Assembly (NCBI RefSeq): GCF_038025025.1
Contig: NW_027117347.1
Location: 1,550,001 to 1,614,000 of the forward strand
Direction of reading: 5' to 3'
Length of the DNA stretch: 64,000 bases
Source: Phyllosticta citribraziliensis
Taxonomy: Eukaryota
Shown: positions 50,659 to 63,381 of the stretch, piece by piece
Numbering within the stretch: the first letter of the stretch is position 1
Layout: the number at the start of each line of letters is the position of its first letter
The notes under the pieces: model-generated
The model's database searches: none
Told to the model about the DNA's origin: nothing
Seen by the model: only the letters and a program-made list of their open reading frames with translations
Made by a program: the position numbers and the translations under genes

Positions 50659-52706
50659 CAGACTTGGATTGGAATTGGGTGTCTTCTTCGCTATATACCA
50701 CCATCTTAACTTATTTTTTTTAGCCTCTACTACCTTACTGCCGTCCTTTGTGGTTCTTGCGATTGTGATGTCACTGTTTGCAAGCGACCCGACGAGCCGT
50801 GGTTTCGGCACCCTCTCGCATGACATGTGTGATGCCATGCTCCTTGACAAACGGTGACAGCAGACAGGGCAGGTTTGACACCCGCGGCATGAAGGGACGA
50901 GCACGGCGCATAGGGCATTGGGCGTGTGTCCAGGCGAGGCGAGAGCAGTGTGTAGATAAATGAAAGGAGCTGCGCATCACTGGACAGCAACGCTGCAACA
51001 TCAAGAGTATGCATACATACATAGCTGAATTCCCTTTCGGAAGCGGAGCACCGCGGTCTGCTTGCTTGGTTAGCATCTCTCCCCATCAGCACTATCCGCA
51101 CTCCCAGTTTGAATGGACACCAGGCGTCGCAAGAAGCGCTGCACTCGCTCACCCCACCCCCACACCACACGAGTCTCTCTCTCCAGCGCCGCACCTCCGC
51201 ACCCCTCCTCGCTCTCTCGTGCAAAAGCTATGGTCGCGGACGCCAGCATCGCATCGCGATACGAGGCCGCCGCCGCAATCCAGTCGCGATTGCTTTCGGC
51301 CGAAAGAATGACAGAGAGAGAATAGTGCGACACTAGAATGGCGGCAGAAGACGGGAGTGCGTCGACTTGCCTAATGGGGCCGCCGCCCAGGCCGTTGACG
51401 CAGCGGGAGGAAACCTTGGCCATGGACTCGGGTGCCGGCGCGCGCGGCGGGTTTGACTAGGAGGGCTGTTGCTATGCGTTTGGAGGTGTCTGGACGGAGT
51501 GGTGATGGAGGAATGCACGGCCTGGCTATGGACTGTGGAATGCTTGTGCGGTGCTTGAATGTTCGCTTCTGCTTTTGAATTTGAGACATGTCTTGCCTTG
51601 TGAGAAACGGGATGATGGGAGGAATCCCAGCGAGCAATGATTGCGCGCTCTCTAGACGCCGTTTTACGTGTAGTGATGGGGTCAATTGTGGTGGTCATGG
51701 GATCGAGAGAGACCAGTCCACCCAGCGCAAGGAACTGAGACCCACGGTTGCATTTATCCACCACAGGCACGGCGGCGGCTGATGTACAGCCTGACGTATG
51801 CCCAGCGTCGTCTGTCCCTGACACCGTCTAGTCCTTGTCCCGGTCGACATCAGCTCAGGAACACCAGCCAAGTAAGTGGTGGAGAGGCGCACTCACAGTG
51901 AGCACGTCTTCCAGCCAGCCGCCCCTCAGCGTGGCAATGCTATGCTCCCCTCCGCTGCCGCCGCAATGAGGACGTGACCGGGATCATGGGCAGCCCAGGC
52001 GCACGCTGCCAGGGGAAAAAGCGGCAGCTAAGGTACGGTACCCAGTCAAGCGGGCTGGCGGGGGGCAAGGTGAGAAAAGAATAGCAGCAACAATAATGCT
52101 GCCACACGCCACTTTCGACGTTGCACGCCGGCCAATTGCAGGTTTGAGGGCCTGAGGCTGCTCGAGCTGCGCGGATGCGCCGGCAGCCAAAGGTTTGGGA
52201 GACGGAGTATGGTTTGCTACCTACCTATCTAAGGTACAGACAGTGGCGGAGGTTTAGGTAGCTCATCGGATCGGACCCTTGCTGCTACTCCCGCACTCCC
52301 CTCGCCGATCACCTCCACCATACTGAACGAACTGCACCTCGACTTGACCCCATTGACTGTCCCTCGATATCCATCGTTACACGCCCACCGCCTCCTCTCC
52401 ACTCGGCACGCTGAGAACCAGGCACGCACGCCAACGCCGACCTGCCGTGCGACATTTGCTTCTCCAGTCGCTGCCACTCCGCCGCTAGCTCCGTCGCCCT
52501 CCTCGCTGCCACCACCCGCTCGTGCTCCCACCTCCCAGCGCATCACTCACTATACGGCGCCGCTGCGGCGGTTTGTCGCTGGACAAACGCCAGGCGCAAT
52601 CCGACCTCGCCCTCGTCCTCGTCCCCACCGTACCCCTCCTCGCGCCGTCCGTTCCACTCGAGCACAGTGACCCCCCAATTGACGACACAACAATCCCGCG
52701 ACCACC

Positions 52707-53906
52707 ATGCCGACCTACCTCCTCCACGGCTTCCGCTGGCCGCGCAACCTCATCCGCATCCACATCATCCTGCAAAACCTCGACGACGCCGCGGCCGAGT
52801 GGCTCATGGCGCCCGCGACGACCAAGTGCCTGTACGAGAACCTCAAGGCGCTGCACCCGCAGCAGCTGACGGCGCTGCCCAAGCTGCGCTTCATCGAGCA
52901 GTTCGACCCGGAGCTGGCGCTGTCGACGCCGGGCGGCAACGTGCAGCCGTACGCCTACGTCGCCGACGTCGTCGAGGAGGTGCGCCTGGGCGTCGAGGTC
53001 GGCGACGTCATGAGCCGCGGCGTCGGCAACGAGGCGTGGGCCGCCCTCACCGAGCTGCGCGACCAGATTGCCCCGGGCGAGCGCGTCGGCTGGTTCGTCG
53101 TCGTGTGCCAGGATACGGAGCGGTATGCGCCCAAGGTGCAAGACGAGTTGTTGTTGGTTGACGGCGACGGCGACGGCCGCCGCGATGAGGGGTTGCGGCT
53201 GGTCAACGGGTCGGATGGCCTCGAGGCAGAGCAGCTCGACGTGCAGATGGCGGCGCTGAAAACGGACAGTAGTGTCGGTGTTGGGGTTGGGGCGGAGAGG
53301 CCGAAGACGACGGCGGCGGCGGCAGCGGCAGCGAAAAGCTTCATCATGAAGCGCAAGAGCAACCCCGAGATGCGGAAAACGGGCCTGTCCAACGGCGCCG
53401 ACAGGCCAGCCTCCGCCGGCCACGGTGCCCACCACCACCACCACAACAACAACAACAATAACAACGGCGCCGACTCGAGCCGCCCCAATACGTCGAGCGG
53501 AGCAGAGACGACGGCGCTGCCGCCCCCGCAGCAGCAGCAGCGACAACAGCAGACGCGCAAGCACCCCAAAAAGATCCCCAGCACGCCGCGCATCCTCGGC
53601 GGCAAGAGCACCAGCAGCGTCAACAGCATGCCGCCGGTGCCCACGACGCCCTCGGTGATCAGCAGCGGCGGTGGCGCGCCGCCATTGTCGCCGCGCACGA
53701 GCGGCGTCAGGAAGTGGTTTGGCGGGCTGGGCGTGCCGCTGAAGAAGGCACGAAGGTTTGTTCTCCCCCTCCCTCTGGTTTGGACGCAGATTTGATGTAG
53801 CAGCCGGGCTGACGCGGGAAGCAGTCTCAAGGACCTGCGCAAGCTCGAGGCCGAAAAGGCAAAGGAGATGGCCATGCCGCCGCCGCTGCCGGGCACGGCT
53901 GTCTGA
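52707..53906 (+). CDS. flbE: FlbE-like developmental regulator with a long low-complexity C-terminal extension; 2 exons
   Basis: MPTYLLHGFRWPR...IHIILQNLDDAAAEWL...LRFIEQFDP...QPYAYVAD...LTELRDQIAPGERVGWFVVVC resembles the FlbE family. An intron at about 53756-53824 leads to SLKDLRKLE...PGTAV*. It could be an FlbE paralogue rather than the orthologue. Confidence 0.72.
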
Positions 53907-54276
53907 GTGGAGTGAGTGTACGTCGTCGATGGACAGAACGTGTCGCTGATCTTTTCTTTCCTTTCCTTCCTTTACTTTCTTTCCTAACCTTCCTTTTCTT
54001 TTCCTTGTCCTCTCTTTTCAGGGTCCAGGTCTGGCGCGTCTGGCGTTCATTCCCTTTCACCAACGGACGGGGCGAAAAATGCAATGGGAAAGAAATGGCT
54101 TCGCTGTGGTATGCTGTGTCGTGTCGTTTTGTCTGTTTATCTGGGCTGGGCTGGGTAGGCTACGCTAAGGTGCGCGTGGTGTGCTATGGGGTATGGGTGT
54201 TCTAGGCCGCCGGTATCGTCTCTTTTTCCCTTTCTTCCTCCCTTTTTCGTCTGTTCCTTTCTCCTCTACGGGACGC

Positions 54277-54462
54277 GTGCGTGCGTGCGTGCGTGCGTGG
54301 GGGGGAGACGACGTGTCGATGTATGTTTGATACATGTACAACGCAAATGATGCCATGTCTGTGCAGCGATGATGATGATGATGATGATGATGATGGGCGG
54401 GCAGGTCGTGGGTGGGTGGGTGGGTGGGTACGTAGGAGGCAAATACCGAGACGGAACGATCA

Positions 54463-54496
<34 letters not shown>

Positions 54497-55083
54497 GTTG
54501 CAGACAGACGTGCTTGCTGCAAGTATAACTGAGTGAAGCCTACATATGCTGTGGGCGGCGGCGCGGCACGAGACGAGACGAGACGGAGCGCGGCACGAGA
54601 CGAGACGCGTTCAACCAGGACAGGAAAATAAGGGGTGAACGGACACTTGCGGGTGGGCGGGCGGGCGGGTGCGCGGATAGTGCGCTGGCAACCGCCCTCA
54701 TATCAGGGGGGGCAGGGGCAAGGGCAGGGGGGGACCTGGACAGGGGTAACACCGCTGCTTACAAGGGAACCAAGTCAGGGGGCCGCAGGGGGAAACCTAG
54801 GCAGGGACGATAAGGGCAAGACGACACACACACACATTACACCGCAACAACAAAACCAGCACAGCACAGCACAGCACAGCAAAAGCGTTCAAGGTACATA
54901 CTTACATACATCCATAGATAGGTAGGTAGGTAGGTAATAACATATCCAATGGCCTAGCTGCCTGGCTGCCTACTTTACATACGCCGCTCAATGATTAAGA
55001 GACAATGTGTCTACGCCCAAGAACGACAAGAAGAAGAAGAGGAAGAGAACGAGGGAGGTGGCCGAGAGCAAGGTGATCTAAGG

Positions 55084-55117
<34 letters not shown>

Positions 55118-55270
55118 CAGTAGCAACGAGACGAGACAAACGCATCGCATCTTGCATACAGACGACGCAAACAGATAGATGGACAAAGTGTTGCTTGCTG
55201 GTCGCAATGGAATGTGGTGGAATAATAAACGACGACGACGACGACGATGACGCCGACAATGACGATGATG
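54277..55270. repeat. Dense simple-sequence-repeat field between the convergent flbE-like and FLC genes
   Basis: (GTGC)n at about 54277, (GAT)n at about 54368-54394, (GGGT)n, T29 at 54468-54496, (GACGA)n, (CAGCA)n, (TAGG)n at about 54918, (AG)n at about 55089-55115 and (GAC)n at about 55231. Confidence 0.85.
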
Positions 55271-55582
55271 AATGCACAAGCTCCAAAAACGGGAAAAGGA
55301 CAAAAATATGGAGGCAACTAAGGTTGACCAGTAAATAGGCAGGTAGGTGGGAGGAGGTATCAGACAGATAATGACGACAACGACAACAACGAAAAAAACC
55401 CCCCATGGAAAAAAGCAGAGGCGGCAGACAGGCAAGCAATGCCATCAAAAAAAAATCCCTTTCCTTTTCACCCCTTTCATTCTCTCTCCCTCACACTCTC
55501 GCTTTCTCTCCTCCCCGCTCACTCTCTGACTCGCTCACGTTCTCTCGCCCCTCACCCACTCCCTCAACATCCCCCCCTCATC

Positions 55583-57952
55583 TCATCGATAACTATGCAT
55601 CTGCATATCATTACCGCCGCTCTCAATATCCGGCAACCGCGGCGCGCGCTCCCGCGGCGGAGACCTGCTCCGGCTATCGGTGCCGCCACCACTCGGCGCA
55701 TGGTGGTCGTCGGGCATGGGCGCCGCGCCGTGCAGCAGGTTCTCGTGCGACGTGCTGCGCGTGTGCGTGCCCGAGCCGTATGGCGAGGCGCCGGCGAACG
55801 GCGAGGGCGAGGGTGATGGTTTCGCGAGCCCTTCTTGCATGGGCACCGGGTCGTAGCCCTTGGCGTGCGCGATGATGCTGCCGCGCGCGCCCTTGTACTC
55901 GGTGGGGTCCATGAGCAGCGAGTTGCGCGCGTCGAGCGGCGTCAGGTTGTCGAGGTCGCGGTGGAGTTTTTCTGCGAGGTATGTTAGTGACGGATGACGG
56001 TGACAGAGGAAACTGGGGTTGAAAAATGGGGGTAGGGACGCACCTTGCTCCTTTCTCTTCTTGCGGTGCGGGTTCTCCTTGATGCAGACGATGATGGTGT
56101 TGATGAAGATGAGTATACCCAAGGCGCCGCTGAGCACCGACTGCATGACGATCAGAATCAGGCCGGTGATGGTCTTGGTCGTCTGCGCGATGCCCAGCTC
56201 CTCGACGAAGACGAGGACGCAAATGACCGACAGCACGCGGACCGTCTGGATGATGCAGTTGATGACGTTGCTCGACTTGAGCGTGTACGGCCGCGACCAC
56301 AGCAGCAGCACCAGCATGATGGCCTCGATGATGAGCTGCGCGGCCGTCTGCGCGAGGCCGTGGCCATCGCCGGCGGCCAAGACGCAGCCCTTGGCAAACG
56401 AGTAGACAATGGTCGGTACAAACAGCCACCAGTAGCCCTTTTTGTAGTTTTCGTAGAAGAAACTGTATTTGCGCCAGGTTTCCTTGTCCTCAAACAGGCC
56501 GGAAACGTCGCCCTCGAGCTTCTTGTAGCGGTTGGCCTTGGACCAAATTTGCCAAGCAAAGAATCCCAGCACCGCCGTGAACATGGCCAGAGTCAAGCCG
56601 GCCAGGAGCTTGGCCGCCCAAGAGTCGCCGTTGGTGAATTGGTAGATGCAGTACAGAACCCACACGCCGTAGAGCAGCAGGATCAAGTTGGTGATGGTCT
56701 TGGCCAGCAGCCACCAGTAGCGCTTGCGGAAGTTGTGGAGCCTCTTCGGAAACGTGCCAAACAGGGCCCAGGTCTCCAGGATGACCTTGCACAGCAAAAT
56801 GGCCACGGCAATGGCCGCAATGACAATGGCGAAAATCAACAGGACCGTCATGAACATGTTGGCCGAGGGAATGCTGAGCTCTTCGACGTAGCCCTTGATG
56901 CCGTTGACCATTTCCATGACTTCGCTGTCGTCGGAGCTGTTGCTCGAGCTCGAGCTGTTGGACGAGGTGGTGTCGTTGGTCTCGCTGCTGGCGCTGTAGT
57001 CGAGGGAATCGCGGGCAAAAAGGGACAGCGCCTCAAGACTGCGCTTGTAGACGTTTCCATTCGAGTCTGCGTGGACCAGGGTCGCGTTTCGGAGGTAGTC
57101 GTAGCTCGCAGCGGTAAGGTTGCCGCCAGTCAGTTTACGAAAATTGTCAATCGAGTTTTGCATGCTCGCCCAGGGAATCAGACCGCCAGCGAAGCCAAAG
57201 TTTTTGCAAAAACTCGTGTAGATGGACGGGTACTGGACGCTCATCATGCCGTCCATGGCCATGGACTGGAACCAGGTCATGACTTCGCCAAACTTGGGAC
57301 TGGGACCGGCAGTGCCTGCGCCAGCACCGGCACCGGCGCTTCCGAGGGCTGACACGCCCGTCAGGACCAGGGCTCCGGCGGCGATTCCGGCGGCAACGTA
57401 GGTGACGGCGTCGACGCTCATGCTCTTGCCGTTGGTGACGGTCGACTGGATACAAGCCAGGTCGTCGCCACCGTCGACGGGCTTGAGCTCCATCTTGGCG
57501 GTTCCGTCCAGGTCGGGAATGGAAAAGGCAATGGAAGGAATTTCCGAGGCATAGTTGCTGGGGATGTCTTGCTCTCCAGAGGCGGCAAAGGTGCCCTTGG
57601 GGACTGGGCTTTGTTAGCTGGATGGGGTGGAGTCGCGGATTGGCGAATACGGACCTGGGCACAGTTGTTTGACATAATTGTCATTGTCGCAAGGATCAAA
57701 CGTCTTGCTGTATACGACCCTCCCGTAGGCCGAGACCTCTATCGAGGCCGTGACGTTTTGCTCTTCGGTGCTTTCTCCTGCTACATTAAAGTCGACCTTG
57801 TTGGTGTTGCGGTTGTAGGTGACGTCCATCTTGGTGACCTGGATCGAGGCATTGGTCATGCAAGTGCTGAATCCGTTGGTCGAAATGGTGTCGCCGGCCA
57901 GGACGGCGGTTGGCAGGGCGGCGGCGCCGAGCAAGAGCAACGAGGACCACAT
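55583..57952 (-). CDS. FLC / Pkd2 (TRP-like) membrane protein with an N-terminal ML-like domain; multi-exon
   Basis: Signal peptide MWSSLLLLGAAALPTAVLA, VSAYGRVVYSKTFDPC...LCP, IAFSIPDLDG, LACIQSTVTNGKS, YPSIYTSFCKNFGF, YENYKKGYWW and multiple TM helices. Probable intron at 55972-56043. Confidence 0.9.
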
Positions 57953-60900
57953 GGTGGCGAGAGGGAGGAGAGGTGAGGATGGAGGTCGAGAGTGGTTGGC
58001 CGCGCGAGCGGACCTAAAGCTCGCAGGACACGCTCAGCAGGGACGAGGTGACACTGGCTCGGGGTATGATGTCGAGGGTCTGCCCAGGTCTCGGGCGGTG
58101 GGTGGGACCAGAGGCAGCTGGCTTAGTCGGTGGATGTGATCGCCGGCGGGTTTTGGTGGATGGGTATAGGGGTACGGGATGTCGTCGGCGGAGAGTTGGT
58201 TGGGAGAAAAGGGTGTACGAGGATGGCAAGCAAACGAGGGGACGAGTCTGGCGACTGCGTGGGTCGGGGGCTTGTTGAGGGAGGGTAGGAGACGGAGAGA
58301 AGAGAGAGCGAAAGGTTGTAGTAGGGAGCAGAGTGGGAGTTTCAGAGTTTCAAGGCGTCTTCGGCAAGCACGGCGGCTTTACTAGAAGGAGTGGGCGTCG
58401 CTGGCCGTAATGCGCAGGGCAGGGATTGACTGGGGCGGGGCGTCTGGGTCAGAGCTGTGAATGGTTAATCGTCAGCTCCACGGCCGCCAGTGGGCCAGTT
58501 CGTGCCGCAGGAAGTCCAGCTCCATGCATGCATCAGATCACGGGGATTGTGGGAGAGCGAGCTAGAGAGTGTAGACGACTGGAATATGGTTGGAGAGGGT
58601 GCCCGAAGCCGAAGCGTGGCCGGCGGCGTGCATCTTGGCCACGACCAGGCGCATGGGACTTGGGAGAACAACTGAACCAAGAGAACGGCGACAAGAGGGA
58701 GACTCCAGGAATGTCATTGTTCCAAACGGTCCAGAGTCCAGGCCCAGACCCAGACCGAGTGGCGCCAAAAATAGCGACGGCGAGCCCCTGAAGCCAAGAG
58801 GTCCCTGGTCGCTGGTCTTTCACCTGCACCGCCGCTTTTTCCTCATGTCGACAAAGAGTACGAGGGAGAGTGTTGTGGCTATGCTGCCATCCATGATCCG
58901 CTTCCGATCGACGAGTAGTAACCAGCCAGCCCTATCACAGTCGCAACTTTGACAGAGGGAATCCAGCTGCGCGGCTAACCTTAAGACGCGGCCGCTGCCA
59001 AAAGTCCGCCACGTGAAAGTGACAAGACGCCGCCGACGCCACTCAAAGAAAGGGTTTCAACGGCCTGCATCCTTGAAACCCCCAGCTTGGAGAACCAGAC
59101 ATCAACTCGATGGATCGATTGTCTTGTCTTGTCTTGTCTTGTGCCAGGGTTGCATTGCGCTGCGAGTCAGCAATACCACCCAACACGACCATCATCTTCA
59201 CACCTGCGACACACCGTCTACGACCCATCTCACCCTCCCTTTTCTCTCCCTCTCCCTCTCCCTCTCCATCGTCGTCAGCCAGCCGGACGGCTCTCTCCGT
59301 TCTGAACTTGGCCTCGCAGCTCCCCCGACCGACGCGACTTCCTTAGCTGACTGGCCCTCCTCCGCCTGCGACCTGCCCCGACCGACCGACCAACCGACCA
59401 CACAGCTGCCCGCGCGCAATCTCCCGCCCAATACTCTGCTCATTTCCGCCCGCCCACAAACAGAAGCAGTACAGCGACTGCCAGCAACAAAAATACTTTT
59501 AATAACCACCTACTCCAGACGACGATCGATTCTAGACTCGCGGCCACCATTTTCATCGGCCTGTGTCTCGATCGGCAGGCGACACTCGCCCTGCGGCAAG
59601 GGAGCCCGCCGCTCTTTTGCTTCCTGAGGACTGACGGCGGGCCGGCGGGCGCGGGCGGTAGGTAGGGTAGGGTAGCTCGACTAGTGTGTGCTAAGTACTG
59701 GCCAGGTACCCGCCACCACCACATCGCTGACTTCATGTGTTTTGCTTGCCTCTCGCCGCGTCGGCTCCTCCACAAAATGACGACTACTTGCATCTACGTA
59801 CCATGGCCTTGTCGCCTCACTCACTCATTCACTCACTCGCTCATCCAGCCAGTCAGCCAGCGCCCTCGCTCGCTCGCTCGTATCCGCCTAGGAGTACCCA
59901 GCGCGAAACACCGAAACAGAAAAAAATCCGATGAATCGGACGGGGAAGAAGAAAAAAAAAAAAAATAGTCGCGGACCGCAGCCAATCACGGCGCGCGATC
60001 AGCACCTCTTCGTACTCGACAGGCTGGATCGGGCAGCGAGCACCGCCGCCACGGTGGCCAATCAGCGCGGGCGGATTAGTGCCGTGGTGCTCTCGTTTAC
60101 TACCTACCTACGTATGTACAGGACTCCTGCTCCAAGTACGCGTGTATCTACAGTGTAACACTGGACATGCAGATGAGCGGTGGTGTACAGGTAAGGTAGG
60201 GTGTACAGCCGGCGCAGCCACCAGCACCGCCACACAACACCTCCCTCCCTCCCTCCCTCCCTCCCTCCCCATCTACCTGCCTGCCTGCCTGCCTCACAAA
60301 TCACCCGCTCGCTGCACACAAAGCGCAAAGGGCACAAAAATGAAGGAACCCTGCCGCCACACTCTATATCGTGCTGCAAGGTACGTGTACCTTACATATA
60401 TGTGCCGCCATGCTTCTCTGCGCCCTACGCCACAGCCACAGCCACAACCACGGCAGAGAGAGTCTGGCTAAAGTACACACTGTACATACTCACCCCAGGA
60501 CACTGCCGGCAGCTAGCCGCGAAGCTTGGTAGAGTGGCACGGCAGGCACGGACGTCATATGGGTGATGTTGCTATTTCTGGCACACTTATTCGTCTATCC
60601 ATCCATCTATTTGACCTTTGTCGTCGTTCTTTGTATAGAAGTGGAGGGGCGGGTACCGAGCGATCATCGAGGTAACAAGGCACTTGGTCGGAGAAGACCA
60701 TGGTGGAGGAACGGAGCTTGAATGGACATCAAACCACACGAGCGGAATCAACATTTCAAGTCGAGACGGCGGTAGGTAGGCGGTAGGTAGATGGGTACTG
60801 CTGCAAATAACTACAGACTACTTCGTACTTCCACGGGTAGTATTATTCCTCGCGCGGGACGCCTAGACGCCAGCGAAAAGCAAGAAAGCAAGAGTCGAAC

Positions 60901-61027
60901 AACATCGCAATTCGAAGAAACAGACGCACTCCTCACCCAGCCAAGCACCCCCTTCTTTACCCCATCGACACGACCTCTCCTATCCACACACCATTGTCAA
61001 CCGCTCGTGGAATACAGGAGAAAAGCC

Positions 61028-63063
61028 CTAGTTGACAAACATGCCCGTCGAGTCGTTCATGTCGTACTTCTTGATCGTCTCAATCAGCTGCGCGCACTCG
61101 GACTTGAAGTCCAGCGGGCGGGTGCTGGAAATCTGGTAGCGGACTCTGTACAGCACACACACTGGTCAGCACACTCCGCCGCGGGCAAACACGACAGGAA
61201 CAAACTCGCCTCTCCTGATCCTGAAACGTATCCATCTTCGCGCGCACGCGGAAAACCCACGTCCTGCACGTCGCCTCGACAAACGCCTTGTCGGCCCTCG
61301 CCGCCGTCTCGTCGTTCTCCTTCAGCTCGACCATCTCGTTGGCGCTCATGCCGATGATGTCGCGCCCGCTCTCGTCGAACCCGCTGAGCCACATCTGGCC
61401 CGTGTGGTCCGACACGTTGATGGACATGATGTAGCGCCACTCCGGGCGCGGGTGCGCGACGTCGCACTTCTCGCACCGCCACTCGCCCGGGTTGATCTCA
61501 ATCACCTTCTTGTTGCACCCCGTCGACGCGCACGCCGGGTACGCAAACGTCTCGTGCTTGACGTACATGATGGTCGCCTTGAGCGTAAAGTACTCGGCCG
61601 CGTCGCTCGTCATGCCAATCTTCTCGTCGTTGACTTGGGCGATCGTCTTGTATTCCTGCCGCTTGCCGCTCGCCGTGCCGATCGACTGCTGGTGCGATGT
61701 GAAGTTTTCAGAGTTGCCCGACGCGTCGTACCAGCCCTTGAGCTTGTGCGCCTCGTCGATGTCGGGGTTGACGTTCATCGTGCCCGACGACAGCAGCGAG
61801 AGACTGCGGCCTCCAAAGTCGCTAACTTTGACGCCCTTGAACGCAACGACCGAGTTGGGAGTGACGTCAAATTCCTCGGCCGTCTTTCCCCACACAGTCA
61901 GACGGACCGAGTGCATCGAGTCGTCGACAAGAGTGAGTTCGCGCTTGGAATAGGGCTTGCCCGACGACTTGGACACAATCTCGGACGACTCGCCAACTTC
62001 CTTCAACACACCAATCGTGTCGATTGTCGTGCTTGGCTCCACGCCCTGTAGATTTCCAATGCTGGTAAAGTTGTACCGAATATCTGGAACATCCGTGTCT
62101 TCGGCCTGCTGTCTGTCAGCGCAGTCCTCCCTCGCCAGATGAATACACACCTTTTCGACGATGCTGTCGTTCTGGAAAGTCAGCTCGTAGTCATTGTTGA
62201 GATTCGAAAACATCTTCTTGGCCGGTTTGACGCTGCAGTTGGAAATATAGTAGACCTGGCCCTTTTCAAACACATTGTACAGCATGTCACACTGTTCCTT
62301 GAACCCGGTTGCACGAATCTCGCCGCTCTCGTCGAGCAAATTGACGCTGAAGAGCTTTCCCTCGCCGTTCTTGTTGTGCCATTCTTTTATGTCGCTCTTG
62401 AAGGTGCAACGAGCCTTGATGGTCCACTTGTGAGCATACGGGGATAGAGCCTCGATCGGGTAGAGCTGAGCGAGGCCGGAGGGTGCAGTGGACGGAGTAC
62501 GAGTGGTCGCTGCGGGCGTGGGAAGCTGGCCGTTTTGTCGGTTGCCATAAAAGTTGTTGCTAGAGATCTCTGCCGGCTGTGGCTTCTCCTCTCTCTTAAC
62601 TTCAAGGGTAGTGTCGAGAGGCTTTGGCTGGCCAAGCTTCTCAAGTTCGCCGTATTGATCGAGAACGTCGAGGTCGAGTACGACGAGGATCCTGTGTCGT
62701 GTCAGCGATGAATTTGATTTCCGCGTTGGGCGTCTTACTTGCGGTCCTTGATGACTTGGGGGTTGAACTGCTTGAGGCGGATGACGGAGCCCTTCTTCAA
62801 CGCTCCCGACGTGACGATGTTGTTGATTTCTGCGCGTTTGTTAGCAGATCCCAACAGGCAGGACGGTGAGGCCTACGCTGTGCCAGCATGCTCTGGATGA
62901 AGTTGTCCATGTCGCTCAGAACGACGCGATATCTCTCCTCTCCGTTCTTGGAGTCCATGGCCTTGATCTGCACGCATTGTAGGATGGGATTTTCGACTTG
63001 GTCCGGGCCATCGACGAAAATGGAGCGCAGGGCTCCGCGGGTGATGGCGCTTTCGGCTGTCAT
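61028..63063 (-). CDS. RFA1: Replication protein A 70-kDa subunit; multi-exon
   Basis: MTAESAITRGAL...RYRVVLSD, YPIEALSPYAHKWTIKAR, LLDESGEIRATGF, GVKVSDFGGRSLS, zinc ribbon YPAC...CNKKV...WRCEKC and C-terminal VRYQI...GMFVN*. Confidence 0.96.
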
Positions 63064-63166
63064 GGCGGCTCTTCTGGTGGATTGACAGTTGTCGAGCAGG
63101 CTTTGGAGAGGGTTGGTTGTCGATGGGGTGGAATTTGGTCAAGGTGGCGGACGAGGTGCAGAGAAG

Positions 63167-63189
63167 ACGCGCTCGACGCGTCTTCGCGT
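63167..63189. promoter_or_regulatory. MCB-like (MBF) element cluster in the RFA1 / dienelactone hydrolase divergent promoter
   Basis: ACGCG at 63167-63171, ACGCGT at 63176-63181 and TCGCGT at 63184-63189, 104-126 bp upstream of the RFA1 ATG. RFA1 is a known MBF target in budding yeast. Confidence 0.6.
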
Positions 63190-63381
63190 AAAGCGATGAG
63201 TCGGCGAGGCAGCCGCCAAGCCGCCGGGCTTCTAGACCTGATTCGGAAGGACCCCGGCCCGTCGACCCCGTCACCCCGCCATCAGGTCCGATCGCACTGG
63301 ACGTCCCCGGCCCTGCGTCATTGCATGTGCCCTCTGCTTTCAGACCCTCAGATCGACTTCAATTCTCAACATCGAAAAATC

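Noticed and set aside
59982..60080. Paired CCAATCA boxes in the 3-kb FLC-RFA1 spacer
   Set aside because: About 2 kb from the FLC start, a short common motif, and no supportable nearby gene.
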